The notes beneath the pieces are model-generated. The model saw only the letters and a program-made list of their open reading frames with translations. It ran no database searches and was not told the origin of the DNA. DNA of 64,000 nucleotides from positions 118,911 to 182,910 of the forward strand of contig JBAZLM010000002.1 of assembly GCA_041650295.1 (NCBI GenBank). The letters are read 5' to 3'. The stretch's first letter is position 1. Each line of letters starts with the position of its first letter. The DNA is from Candidatus Omnitrophota bacterium. Its GTDB lineage: Bacteria; Omnitrophota; Gorgyraeia; Gygaellales; Profunditerraquicolaceae. The position numbers were made by a program, and so were the translations under genes. Shown in pieces: positions 11,545-21,153 of the stretch.

Positions 11545-12113
11545 AGCTGATGAATAAAAAATCAATTTTATTATCGATTGCAGCAGCAGTAGCTTTAATT
11601 GGATATCTTTTTAGTGGTAATACTAGTGTAAATTCTTTTTTTCAGCAGGGATCTAGACCTTCAGTAATTTCAGGTAAGAATTTTGATTATAATAATGCCT
11701 TAATCATTAGAGTTGTAGATGGGGATACTCTGGTGTTAGAAAATAAAGAAAAAGTACGTTTGATTGGTATCGATACTCCAGAGATGCATGAATCCGCTAA
11801 GTTAGATCGTGACGCTGTGCGTAGTGGGCAGAGCAAGGAAGTAATTAGAAAATTAGGGAGGCAGTCTTATCAATTTACTAGAGGACTGGTTGAAGGTAAA
11901 CGCGTAAGGTTAGAGTTTGATAAAGAAAGATATGATCGGTATAATAGAGTGCTAGCCTATGTTTATTTGTTAGATGGTACATTTGTAAATGCTAAAATTA
12001 TTCAGGATGGATTTGCTTCAGTGATGCGCTATCCTCCGAATGTGTTATATGCGGATTTATTTTTAAAATTATATCAAGAGGCACGTGAAAATAAGCGTGG
12101 ACTTTGGCAATAG
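11541..12113 (+). CDS. Secreted thermonuclease (staphylococcal nuclease, SNase-like)
   Basis: Signal peptide 'KSILLSIAAAVALIGYLFS'. 'VVDGDTLVL...VRLIGIDTPEMHE' SNase catalytic motif. Confidence 0.7.
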   Translation: MKLMNKKSILLSIAAAVALIGYLFSGNTSVNSFFQQGSRPSVISGKNFDYNNALIIRVVDGDTLVLENKEKVRLIGIDTPEMHESAKLDRDAVRSGQSKEVIRKLGRQSYQFTRGLVEGKRVRLEFDKERYDRYNRVLAYVYLLDGTFVNAKIIQDGFASVMRYPPNVLYADLFLKLYQEARENKRGLWQ

Positions 12114-12143
12114 TTTGCTTGAGGGCAAACAGGAAGGATTACT

Positions 12144-13184
12144 ATGTTAAGAAGTTTAACGGCAGGCGAATCACACGGCAAAGGAATGGTGGCGATTTTA
12201 GAAGGAGTCCCCGCTGGGCTTAAAATTGACGAAGTAACAATAAATAAAGAATTAAAACGTAGACAGTTTGGATTTGGCCGTGGTAAGCGCATGCAGATAG
12301 AAAGTGACCGTGCTGAGATTGTTTCAGGATTAAAAAATAATGTTACGTTGGGCAGTCCAATTACTTTATTAATTAAAAATAAAGATGCTAGTATTGAAAA
12401 ATTACATAAAGTAATGGCGGCACGTCCCGGACATGCGGATTTAGCTGGATTATTAAAATATGGTTTTACCGATATTCGTGAAGTATTAGAGCGTGCCTCT
12501 GCCCGTAGTACAGTAGCTACCGTAGGAATTGGGGCTTTGTGTAAAATATTCTTGAATGAATTTAAAATTAAGGTTATGAGTAAAGTATTATCGGTAGGCG
12601 GAGAATCGGATACAGAGGGAATAAAAGCAAAAATTACTGAGGCGATTAAAAATAAAGATACCGTAGGCGGAATTTTCCAAGTTTTAGCTAAAAATGTTTG
12701 CGTGGGACTGGGAAGTTATGTGCAGGCAGATCGTCGTCTAGATAGTAGATTAGCGGCGGGGATTGTTTCTATTCCAGGAATCAAGTCTTTTGAAATTGGT
12801 TTAGGCTCAGGATATGGCGTAAGTTTTGGTTCTGAAGTGCATGATGTAATTCATTACCATAAAAATAAAGGTTATTTTCATTCGACTAACAATGCCGGTG
12901 GGATCGAAGGTGGAATTTCTAATGGTGAAGAAATTATTTTGCGTGGCTGTATGAAGCCTATCGCCACGTTAATGAAGCCTTTAGATTCAATAAATGTTAA
13001 TACTAAAAAATTAGCTAAAGCGGCAACTGAACGCTCAGACACTTGTGTGGTGGAAGCGGCCGCAGTAGTGGCGGAGTCGGTGGTGGCTTTTGTATTAGCG
13101 CAAGCTTTCTTAGAAAAATTTGGCGCAGATAATTTAAAGGATATAAAAGAAAGCTATAAAAATTATTTGAAAAGAATCGGTTAG
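12144..13184 (+). CDS. aroC: Chorismate synthase
   Basis: 'MLRSLTAGESHGKGMVAILEGVPAGL' is the canonical AroC N-terminus. 346 aa. Confidence 0.8.
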   Translation: MLRSLTAGESHGKGMVAILEGVPAGLKIDEVTINKELKRRQFGFGRGKRMQIESDRAEIVSGLKNNVTLGSPITLLIKNKDASIEKLHKVMAARPGHADLAGLLKYGFTDIREVLERASARSTVATVGIGALCKIFLNEFKIKVMSKVLSVGGESDTEGIKAKITEAIKNKDTVGGIFQVLAKNVCVGLGSYVQADRRLDSRLAAGIVSIPGIKSFEIGLGSGYGVSFGSEVHDVIHYHKNKGYFHSTNNAGGIEGGISNGEEIILRGCMKPIATLMKPLDSINVNTKKLAKAATERSDTCVVEAAAVVAESVVAFVLAQAFLEKFGADNLKDIKESYKNYLKRIG

Positions 13185-13231
13185 ATTTTTTTACCTCTTT
13201 CGTCTATTGGTGTAGAAGGAGGTGATAAAAG

Positions 13232-13489
13232 ATGGATGATAGCATTATTAGCGTCAGCCGCATTTATAAGTTAGATACCGATTCTAAGCTTAAAGCTTTT
13301 GCGGATGTAACATTTTCGGGAGTAGTGATTAAAGGTTTTAGTGTAGTTGATGGTCAGAAGGGGTTATTTGTGAGTATGCCGCGTCATCAAGGTAAAGATG
13401 GTAAGTGGTATGACACTGTAACTACGCAGACCAAAGAGTTGAAACAGCAATTAGCAGAAGTTGTTTTAGAGGCCTATAAAGGCAGCTAA
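13232..13489 (+). CDS. spoVG: SpoVG family septation protein
   Basis: 85 aa. 'LKAFADVTFSGVVIKGFSVVDGQKGLFVSMP' matches SpoVG. RBS GGAGGTG upstream. Confidence 0.75.
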   Translation: MDDSIISVSRIYKLDTDSKLKAFADVTFSGVVIKGFSVVDGQKGLFVSMPRHQGKDGKWYDTVTTQTKELKQQLAEVVLEAYKGS

Positions 13490-13498
13490 ACAAATTAG

Positions 13499-13535
13499 GG
13501 GACGGTTCTTAAAAAGGACCGTCCCTATTATAAAA
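13499..13535 (+). terminator. Rho-independent terminator after spoVG
   Basis: GGGACGGT (13499-13506) / ACCGTCCC (13519-13526) form an 8-bp GC-rich stem with a 12-nt loop, followed by the T/A-rich 'TATTATAAAATA'. Confidence 0.5.
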
Positions 13536-13536
13536 T

Positions 13537-14043
13537 ATGAATATTTATTTAGTAGGGTTTATGGGTACAGGTAAAAGTACGGTTGGCCGTCTTTTGGCTC
13601 AAAAGCAGGGCTTAAATTTTCTTGACCTGGATGAGCTAATTGAGTTAAAAGAACAGCGCAGAATTGTGGATATCTTTGCTAAAGACGGTGAATTAGCTTT
13701 TAGAAAGATTGAGAAAAAAATGTTAAAACAGGTCTCTACGCAGAAGAAATTTGTAGTGGCTTGTGGCGGTGGTATTGTTTTAGATAAAGATAATATTAAA
13801 TTAATGAAGAAAACCGGAATTTTAATTTGTCTTTGTGCTAATTGCCATGAGATTTTAAAAAGAGTCTCATCCAGTACACATCGACCGATTTTAAATGTAG
13901 AAAAACCTAAAGAGCGCATTGAACTTTTATTAAAGATGCGCGCTCCGTATTATGCGCAGGCGGATAAATCGATAGATACTTCGGCTTTGTCGGTTAAGCA
14001 GGTAGTCACAAAAATTTCTAAAATACTTACTGCTAAAAAATGA
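13537..14043 (+). CDS. aroK: Shikimate kinase
   Basis: 'IYLVGFMGTGKSTVGRLLA' P-loop. 168 aa. Confidence 0.8.
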   Translation: MNIYLVGFMGTGKSTVGRLLAQKQGLNFLDLDELIELKEQRRIVDIFAKDGELAFRKIEKKMLKQVSTQKKFVVACGGGIVLDKDNIKLMKKTGILICLCANCHEILKRVSSSTHRPILNVEKPKERIELLLKMRAPYYAQADKSIDTSALSVKQVVTKISKILTAKK

Positions 14044-15125
14044 ATGATTTCCAAGCGCTAGTTAGTTTAAATCTTATCCCGCAGGTAGGCAGTGTGCGCC
14101 TGGAGGCTTTATTAAATCGTTTTCAGCTGCCGCAAAATATTTTTAAGGCTAATCTTAATGATTTGATTGCGGTGGTCGGTGAGAAAATAGGCATGAGTAT
14201 CCATTCTTTTAATATTAAATTATTAGAGAAGGATTTAGCTTTAGCTAAAAAAGCGAATATTAAGATTGTAACACTTTTTGACGCGGATTATCCGCAAGTG
14301 CTTAAGGAGATTCCGGGTGCGCCCATTGTACTTTATATTTTAGGTGATATTACAGCGCAGGATAATCTAGCGGTCGGTATTGTGGGTTCGCGTCGAGCTT
14401 CATTATATGGTTTAAATAGTGCTGAAAAATTTGCGGCGGGTTTAGCGGCTCAGGGGATAACGATTGTTTCGGGAATGGCCCGTGGCGTGGATACATATGC
14501 GCATCGTGGGGCATTAAAAGTAAAAGGACGTACCATTGCAGTAATCGGGAGTGGCTTTAATCATATTTATCCAGAAGAAAATGCGGATTTAGCTAAAGAG
14601 ATCTCCAAATCTGGAGCCGTGATCTCTGAATTTTCTATGGATACAGAACCTTTGACGTATAATTTTCCGCGTCGTAATAGATTAATTAGTGGGTTGTGCC
14701 GTGGAGTTTTAGTAACGGAAGCAGCTAGAAATAGCGGTGCTTTAATTACGGCTGATTTTGCATTAGAACAAGGCCGGGAAGTTTTTGCTTTACCGGGACG
14801 CATTGATTCCAATGCTTCTACTGGAACCAATAATTTGATTAAGCAGGGAGCAAAATTAGTTACTTGCTGTGAGGATATCCTTGAGGAGTTAGATTTAGTA
14901 GCAGCAGGTAAAAATGAAAAGAGCGCGGTGTCGGCTAACCAAAGAGTAGAATGTTTAGGCGATGAAGGATCGCTTTACGATTATATTACAGAACAACCGG
15001 TGGCTATTGATGATTTAGTGGAAAAAACAGCGTTGCCTAGTCAACAAGTATTGAGTTTGATTTTAAAGTTACAATTTAAAAAATTAATCAGAGAACTGCC
15101 AGGTAAACAATTTATGAGGAACTAA
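14040..15125 (+). CDS. dprA: DNA-processing protein DprA (Smf)
   Basis: 'IVGSRRASLYG...GITIVSGMARGVDTYAHRGAL' Rossmann-like DprA core. C-terminal winged-helix-like tail. Confidence 0.75.
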   Translation: MNDFQALVSLNLIPQVGSVRLEALLNRFQLPQNIFKANLNDLIAVVGEKIGMSIHSFNIKLLEKDLALAKKANIKIVTLFDADYPQVLKEIPGAPIVLYILGDITAQDNLAVGIVGSRRASLYGLNSAEKFAAGLAAQGITIVSGMARGVDTYAHRGALKVKGRTIAVIGSGFNHIYPEENADLAKEISKSGAVISEFSMDTEPLTYNFPRRNRLISGLCRGVLVTEAARNSGALITADFALEQGREVFALPGRIDSNASTGTNNLIKQGAKLVTCCEDILEELDLVAAGKNEKSAVSANQRVECLGDEGSLYDYITEQPVAIDDLVEKTALPSQQVLSLILKLQFKKLIRELPGKQFMRN

Positions 15126-15127
15126 AA

Positions 15128-17149
15128 TTGAGTAAAAATCTTGTGATCGTTGAATCTCCGACAAAAGCTAGAACCATAGGTAAAATTTTAGGTAGTGACT
15201 ATACCGTTGTCTCATCGATGGGGCATATTATTGATCTACCGGCTAAAAGATTAGGGGTGGACGTAGAAAATAAATTTGAGCCAGAGTATGTGGTTATTCC
15301 GGGTAAGAAAAAATTATTAGCGCAGTTAAAAAAAGATGCCAAGGGAAAAGAAAAAATTTATGTGGCTACTGACCCTGACCGTGAAGGTGAGGCGATCGGT
15401 TGGCAGATCAAAGAAAAAGTTTTTAAAAATAAAGGAGAGATCTTACGGGTAAGTTTTCATGAAATTACTCCGCATGCCGTAGCGCAAGCTTTTAAAAGTG
15501 CTAGAGAATTCGATCATAAAATGATTGAGGCACAGGTGGGTCGCAGAGTTTTGGATCGCATGGTGGGTTATTTTTTAAGTCCTTTGCTTTGGAAGAAATT
15601 AGCTCGCGGCTTAAGTGCCGGTCGAGTGCAATCAGTGGGTTTAAGATTGATTGTGGATCGGGAACGGCAGATTCAGAAATTTGTCGCCAGTGAATATTGG
15701 CAGGTCCAAGCAGATTTATTTAAGCCTAAGGTTTCCGGAGAAAGTCAATTTAGTGCTAAGCTTGAAAAAATTGAAGGTAAGAAAGCTGAAATTAAGCATA
15801 GTCAAGATGCGCAAAGTATTTGTGAACAATTAAAAGATAAAGAGTTTAAAGTTGTTGAGATTAAAAAGTCTGAAAAGAAACGCAATCCGTCCGCGCCTTT
15901 TATTACTAGTACGATGCAGCAGGAAGCATTTAATAAACTAAGATTTAATGCTTCTAAGACGATGTTGGTGGCCCAGCAGCTTTATGAAGGTATTGATATT
16001 GGAGGAGATAATCCAGTGGGTTTGATTACTTATATGCGTACGGATTCTCCGAATGTTGCCGCTGAGGCAATTGTTGAGGTGCGTGAACATATTGGAAGAA
16101 GCTTTGGCAAAGAGTTCCTTCCTGAGAAACCCAATGTTTATAAAGCTAAGAAATCGGCACAAGAAGCGCATGAGGCAATTCGGCCTAGTTATGTTAATCG
16201 TTCTCCGGAAAGTTTAAAAACATTTCTTAATCACGATCAGATTCGTCTGTATGAACTTATTTATAATCGGTTTTTGGCTAGTCAGATGAAACCGGCCGAG
16301 TTTTTGGCTACTTCTGTAGATATTGTTGCGGATAAATATTCATTTGTGGCCAATGGCAGTAATTTAATCTTTGAAGGATTTTTAGCTGCTTATAATAAAG
16401 AGGAAGTGGAGGAAAAAGAAGATAAGGACGAAAAAGAGGAAGATGAAGATAAAGAAAAGACTAAGAATGTGGTTCCTCATCTAGAAAAAGGGGAAATTTT
16501 AGGTTTAGAAAAACTTACTCCTTCGCAGCATTTTACTAAACCACCGGGGAGATATTCGGATAGTTCATTGATTAAAGCTTTGGAAGAAGAAGGGATCGGT
16601 CGACCTTCAACTTATGCACCGATTATTTATACGATTATTTTGCGTGATTATGTGCGCCGGATTAAAGGCTATCTTAATCCTACGGAATTAGGATTTAAAG
16701 TTTGCGATATGTTGGTGGAGTATTTTCCTAAGATTTTAGATGTTAAGTTTACGGCGTTAATGGAAGAAGAGCTAGATGGGATCGAAGAGGGCAGTTGTAA
16801 CCGTCAACAAGTTTTAGAGGAGTTCTATAAACCATTTAAAGAAAGTTTGGATTTTGCACAGACCAATATTGTCAAGGAAGTGATTACTACCGACCAGATC
16901 TGTGATAAGTGTGGTAAGCCACTGATTGTGAAATGGGGTAGGCGGGGTAAATTTTTAAGTTGTTCTGATTTTCCGACCTGTAAGAATTCTAAATCAATCA
17001 CTTCTGGAGTTAAGTGTCCGACAGAGAATTGTGGGGGAGAGTTAATTGAGCGCCATTCACGTCGCGGAGTATTTTTTGGTTGCTCCAATTTTCCCAAGTG
17101 TACTTTTACTTCGCGCACTTTGCCAGAGGATAAAGAGAATAAAGAATAA
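15128..17149 (+). CDS. topA: DNA topoisomerase I
   Basis: TTG start. 'LVIVESPTKARTIGKILG' TOPRIM. 'GLITYMRTDS' active-site Tyr region. C-terminal Cys4 zinc ribbons 'CDKCGKP...CSDFPTCKN', 'CPTENCGG...CSNFPKC'. Confidence 0.85.
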   Translation: MSKNLVIVESPTKARTIGKILGSDYTVVSSMGHIIDLPAKRLGVDVENKFEPEYVVIPGKKKLLAQLKKDAKGKEKIYVATDPDREGEAIGWQIKEKVFKNKGEILRVSFHEITPHAVAQAFKSAREFDHKMIEAQVGRRVLDRMVGYFLSPLLWKKLARGLSAGRVQSVGLRLIVDRERQIQKFVASEYWQVQADLFKPKVSGESQFSAKLEKIEGKKAEIKHSQDAQSICEQLKDKEFKVVEIKKSEKKRNPSAPFITSTMQQEAFNKLRFNASKTMLVAQQLYEGIDIGGDNPVGLITYMRTDSPNVAAEAIVEVREHIGRSFGKEFLPEKPNVYKAKKSAQEAHEAIRPSYVNRSPESLKTFLNHDQIRLYELIYNRFLASQMKPAEFLATSVDIVADKYSFVANGSNLIFEGFLAAYNKEEVEEKEDKDEKEEDEDKEKTKNVVPHLEKGEILGLEKLTPSQHFTKPPGRYSDSSLIKALEEEGIGRPSTYAPIIYTIILRDYVRRIKGYLNPTELGFKVCDMLVEYFPKILDVKFTALMEEELDGIEEGSCNRQQVLEEFYKPFKESLDFAQTNIVKEVITTDQICDKCGKPLIVKWGRRGKFLSCSDFPTCKNSKSITSGVKCPTENCGGELIERHSRRGVFFGCSNFPKCTFTSRTLPEDKENKE

Positions 17150-17151
17150 TT

Positions 17152-18021
17152 ATGGATAAATTTATTGAAAAGTTTGTCCGCTACCTTGAAATTGAGAAGA
17201 ATTATTCTCCTTATACAATTCTAAATTATAAATTAGATCTGGAAGGTTTTAATAAATTTATCGGCGAAGCAGATTTAGAAAAGATTGATTATTTAACTTT
17301 AAGAAAATATTTAGCGGTTTTAAAGGAAAAAAATTTAGGTAACCGTACGGTGGGCCGCCGTCTTTCTTCATTGCGTAGTTTTTTTAAGTTTTTAACGCGG
17401 GAAAGCTATATTAAGACCAATCCGATGTTGATGCTTTCTAGCCCAAAGTTAGAAAAACATCTGCCGTCTTTTATGACTGAGGATGAGGTTTACAAATTAA
17501 TCGAGTCGTCTTTTGCTAAAGATAAAGACGATCTTTTAGGCTTGCGGGACCGAGCAATTTTAGAATCATTTTATTCTAGCGGTTTACGTATTTCGGAGCT
17601 AGTAGGATTAAATTTGGATGATGTTGATTTTATTAGTGGTATTCTTAAGATTAGAGGAAAAGGAAAAAAAGAGAGAATTGTGCCGATGGGAGAGACTGCG
17701 CTTTTAGCTATCCGTAAATATTTAGATAAACGTAAAAAACAATCCAACGTGGTTTTTTTAAATAACAATAGCCAACGCTTAACTACCCGCGGCGTGCGTT
17801 TTGTTTTAGTTAAATACTTAAAGGCCGCAGGTATTAAACCGGGAGTCTCGGCACATACCTTTCGACATTCTTTTGCTACGCATCTTTTAAATCGCGGAGC
17901 TGACCTGCGTACAGTGCAAGAGCTTTTGGGCCATGCTAATTTATCGACTACCCAGATTTATACGCATTTAACTACTGAAAAATTAAAAAGCGTTTACGAT
18001 AAAGCACATCCACATGCTTAA
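17152..18021 (+). CDS. Tyrosine recombinase XerC/XerD family
   Basis: 'RDRAILESFYSSGLRISELVGL' and 'HTFRHSFATHLLNRGADLRTVQELLGH...TQIYTH' catalytic R-H-R-Y pattern. Confidence 0.75.
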   Translation: MDKFIEKFVRYLEIEKNYSPYTILNYKLDLEGFNKFIGEADLEKIDYLTLRKYLAVLKEKNLGNRTVGRRLSSLRSFFKFLTRESYIKTNPMLMLSSPKLEKHLPSFMTEDEVYKLIESSFAKDKDDLLGLRDRAILESFYSSGLRISELVGLNLDDVDFISGILKIRGKGKKERIVPMGETALLAIRKYLDKRKKQSNVVFLNNNSQRLTTRGVRFVLVKYLKAAGIKPGVSAHTFRHSFATHLLNRGADLRTVQELLGHANLSTTQIYTHLTTEKLKSVYDKAHPHA

Positions 18022-18030
18022 AATTAAACT

Positions 18031-19311
18031 ATGTTTATAATTTATGATTTAATATTTTTTATTTTTATTTTAATTTTTTTTCCGGTGTATTTATTTAAGG
18101 GAAAATTTCATCAGGGGTTCTCTCGACGCTTTGGTTGTTTACCTAAAGATCTGAATTTAAATCGGCCGATCTGGGTCCATGCGGTAAGCGTGGGGGAAGT
18201 AGTGGCCATCAAAGGGTTAGTTGAGCAGTTAAGAAAAATTTATCCTGATAAAAAAATTGTTATCTCTACGGTAACTACTACTGGTAATAAAGTTGCGCAA
18301 GGTCTAATTAAAGAAGGGGACTTTTTAACCTATTTACCTTTGGATTTTAGTTTTATTGTGCGTAAAGTATTAAAAAAAATTGATCCTTGTTTATTTATTA
18401 TTGCGGAAACAGAGATTTGGCCGAATTTAATCAATTGTCTTGATCGACTAAAAGTTCCGTTAATTACAGTTAATGGCAGGATCTCGGATAGTTCTTTTGG
18501 TGGGTATCGGGCAATTAAATTATTTATTCAACCGATTTTAAAAAAGATTAATCAATTTTGCGTACAATCTTCCACTGATGCCTTACGTCTGCAGAAGTTA
18601 GGGGTGAGCCAAGAAAATATTCAGATTACGGGAAACGTAAAATTTGATATTAATTTAGAGATGGCTGCTTTGGTTGATGGTTTAGGCTATCGCAAAAGAT
18701 TAGGTTTAGACCAGAATGATCAACTATTAGTTTGTGGAAGTACTCACTCCCAAGAAGAAGAAATAATTATTGATGCTTATCAGCAGTTATTATTAGGTTA
18801 TCCTAAATTAAAACTTTTAATTGCTCCGCGGCATCCACAGCGGGCCAAAGAGATTGCTGATCTTGCCGTAAAAAATAGTTTTATGCCGATTCTTATATCC
18901 AATATTTCTACTTCATGTCCGACTTGTGTTAATAAAGCCGTTTTTATTTTGGATGTTATTGGCCAACTATTTAATTATTATGCGGCGGCGGATATTGTTT
19001 TTATGGGAGGTAGCTTAATTAAAAAAGGCGGACACAATATTATTGAGCCGGCGAGTTTAAAAAGACCGGTAATCTTTGGACCGCAGATGTTTAACTTTCG
19101 TGATATTAGCGAGTTATTTATAAATAATCAAGCCGCTTTCATGGTTAAAGATGGTAGTCAGTTGGTTAGCAAGATTAAAGAAATTTTAAATAATCCTTTG
19201 CTGGCTAAAGAGATGACCCAAAGAGCTTATGATTTAATTATTTCTCATAAAGGGGCAACATTAAAAAATATTCAGGTAATTCAACAATTAGGGGGTAAGT
19301 ATGTCTGGTGA
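18031..19311 (+). CDS. waaA: 3-deoxy-D-manno-octulosonic acid (KDO) transferase
   Basis: N-terminal TM. 'GKFHQGFSRRFGCLPKD...IWVHAVSVGEV' is the typical KdtA start. 426 aa. Confidence 0.75.
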   Translation: MFIIYDLIFFIFILIFFPVYLFKGKFHQGFSRRFGCLPKDLNLNRPIWVHAVSVGEVVAIKGLVEQLRKIYPDKKIVISTVTTTGNKVAQGLIKEGDFLTYLPLDFSFIVRKVLKKIDPCLFIIAETEIWPNLINCLDRLKVPLITVNGRISDSSFGGYRAIKLFIQPILKKINQFCVQSSTDALRLQKLGVSQENIQITGNVKFDINLEMAALVDGLGYRKRLGLDQNDQLLVCGSTHSQEEEIIIDAYQQLLLGYPKLKLLIAPRHPQRAKEIADLAVKNSFMPILISNISTSCPTCVNKAVFILDVIGQLFNYYAAADIVFMGGSLIKKGGHNIIEPASLKRPVIFGPQMFNFRDISELFINNQAAFMVKDGSQLVSKIKEILNNPLLAKEMTQRAYDLIISHKGATLKNIQVIQQLGGKYVW

Positions 19312-19771
19312 AATTTATATGACTCAAGAAGGTTATGAAAAATTAGTGAATGAATTGGAAAATTTAAAGACGGTTAAGCGGCGCGCACTTTCTAAGGCAG
19401 TCGGGGAAGCCAGAAGCCAAGGTGATATTAGTGAAAATGCCGAGTATGATGCGGCCAGGGATGCTCAGGCACATAATGAAAAACGCATTATGGAGTTAGA
19501 AAATAAATTAGCCCAAGTGCGTATTTTAGATAAAAATATCCCTAAGGACGAAGTGTTAATTGGGGCAACGGTAAAATTAAAAGATATGGATACAGATGAA
19601 GAGCTGGAGTACACCTTAGTTTCGGAGCTTGAGAGCGATTATAGTCAAAATAAAATTTCGGTTAATTCTCCGGTTGGTCAAGGGTTATTGGGCCATAAAG
19701 AAAATGAAGTCGCCCAGATAAAAATTCCTGCTGGAATTCTAAAATATAAGATTATTAAAATATCGCGTTAA
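19301..19771 (+). CDS. greA: Transcription elongation factor GreA
   Basis: 'MTQEGYEKLVNELENLK...RRALSKAVGEARSQGDISENAEYDAAR' is the GreA coiled-coil signature. Confidence 0.8.
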   Translation: MSGEIYMTQEGYEKLVNELENLKTVKRRALSKAVGEARSQGDISENAEYDAARDAQAHNEKRIMELENKLAQVRILDKNIPKDEVLIGATVKLKDMDTDEELEYTLVSELESDYSQNKISVNSPVGQGLLGHKENEVAQIKIPAGILKYKIIKISR

Positions 19772-19790
19772 TAAAATTTAAGAGTAAAGT

Positions 19791-20540
19791 ATGTCTAAAA
19801 ATAAAATAATTAGCTGGCAGGTTGCCCTAGGTGCGGTTTTGATTTTACTTTGCGCGGCAGTTTATTATTTGCATTTTTTAATTTTTCGTGATGCGCATCA
19901 TATTTTTTTATATTTGATTGGAGATATTGCTTTTGTTTTTTTAGAAGTATTTTTAGTCACTTTGGTGGTGCATAATCTTTTAGCGGCGAGAGAGAAGCAA
20001 ACGTTATTAAAAAAGATGAATATGGTGATTGGCGCTTTTTTTAGCGAAGTAGGCCGTGAGTTGATAAAATTTACTCTTGCTTTTGATGTTGCCGGCTGCC
20101 CTTTTGCACAAAAATTGCTGGTGCGCGCGGAGTGGACAGATGCGCAGTTTAGCCAGTTGCAAAAACAGATTACGAATTTTGCCTGCGATGTTGATTCCCA
20201 TAAAGGTAATCTGGATACGTTAAAAAATTTCTTAGTAAAAAAGCGCACTTTTTTAATGACTTTACTGGAGAATCAAAATATTTTAGAACACGAATCATTT
20301 ACGGATTTACTTTGGGCGGTTTTTCATCTTACCGAAGAGCTACAAGGACGTGATAATTTGCAAAATTTATCATCGGCAGATTATGAGCATTTGTCTGTAG
20401 ATATCAAGCGGGTTTACCGACAAACCGTCGCGCAGTGGTTACTTTATATGAAGCATTTTAAGGCGGATTATCCGTACTTATTTTCATTAGCCATGCGCAC
20501 TAATCCTTTTGATCCTGAAGCCAAGGTTGAGGTAAAATAA
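19791..20540 (+). CDS. Hypothetical membrane-anchored protein (two N-terminal TM helices plus a cytoplasmic domain)
   Basis: ORF with RBS. No recognisable family. Confidence 0.4.
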   Translation: MSKNKIISWQVALGAVLILLCAAVYYLHFLIFRDAHHIFLYLIGDIAFVFLEVFLVTLVVHNLLAAREKQTLLKKMNMVIGAFFSEVGRELIKFTLAFDVAGCPFAQKLLVRAEWTDAQFSQLQKQITNFACDVDSHKGNLDTLKNFLVKKRTFLMTLLENQNILEHESFTDLLWAVFHLTEELQGRDNLQNLSSADYEHLSVDIKRVYRQTVAQWLLYMKHFKADYPYLFSLAMRTNPFDPEAKVEVK

Positions 20541-20541
20541 A

Positions 20542-20706
20542 ATGTTGGATAAAATTGGTCATTTAAAAGTTGAAATATTTAAAATCAAAAATCGATCAGG
20601 GTTTGCCGCCATTTGTTGTGAGCACCTGACTGAAGGCAAGAATCCTCAAGAGGCTTATGAACGGATGGTTAAAGCTTTGCGACGGAGTAATCGTAAAAAT
20701 ATTTAA
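20542..20706 (+). CDS. Small hypothetical protein, 54 aa (possible HicB-like fold)
   Basis: ATG 20542 lies 2 nt after the upstream stop. Translation 'MLDKIGHLKVEIFKIKNRSGFAAICCEHLTEGKNPQEAYERMVKALRRSNRKNI'. Too short for the ORF track. Weak resemblance to the HicB/UPF0150 'G(F/Y)xAxCxE...GxT.EEA...EA' pattern. Confidence 0.25.
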   Translation: MLDKIGHLKVEIFKIKNRSGFAAICCEHLTEGKNPQEAYERMVKALRRSNRKNI

Positions 20707-20715
20707 TTTATAACT

Positions 20716-21153
20716 ATGTTTAAAACTAAAAAAGAATGCCAAAACTGTCAAATTGCCCAGTTATGTCGTGATTCTGCGATCTCCTGGGTTTTTCTAGTGA
20801 TTGGGTTAGTGGCAACTATTTCAATTAGAGTAGTTAATTTGGTTTTACCATTCGGGATCTTTTGGCCTAAGTTTTTTTGGTATTTAGGGGTAGGGGGATT
20901 CTTTTTGTATTTTTTTTACAAGTTTAGAGAAGATAAAAAATTGCGGTTAAAATTAGAAAAATATCAAATTCATTATAAATTATCACTGCCGCAGCATTTA
21001 GGAGATGAAGAGAAGGAATTTTTAAGGGTAATGTTATGTCGGATGCGTAGTAATAAAGATGCGATAAATTATTTTTTTATTTTTAGTAGTTCGGCGATTG
21101 TTTTAGTTTTAGCGCTTTATCAAGATTTTATTAAAAGAATAATATGGCCTTAA
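20716..21153 (+). CDS. Hypothetical polytopic membrane protein with an N-terminal CxxC...C motif
   Basis: 'KKECQNCQIAQLCRDS' followed by about 4 TM helices. First gene of a tight operon. Confidence 0.4.
   Translation: MFKTKKECQNCQIAQLCRDSAISWVFLVIGLVATISIRVVNLVLPFGIFWPKFFWYLGVGGFFLYFFYKFREDKKLRLKLEKYQIHYKLSLPQHLGDEEKEFLRVMLCRMRSNKDAINYFFIFSSSAIVLVLALYQDFIKRIIWP

Noticed and set aside
15651-15833. Small same-strand ORFs inside larger genes (15651-15833 in topA, 51741-51926 in the GH57 gene)
   Set aside because: These are out-of-frame overlaps of confidently assigned genes
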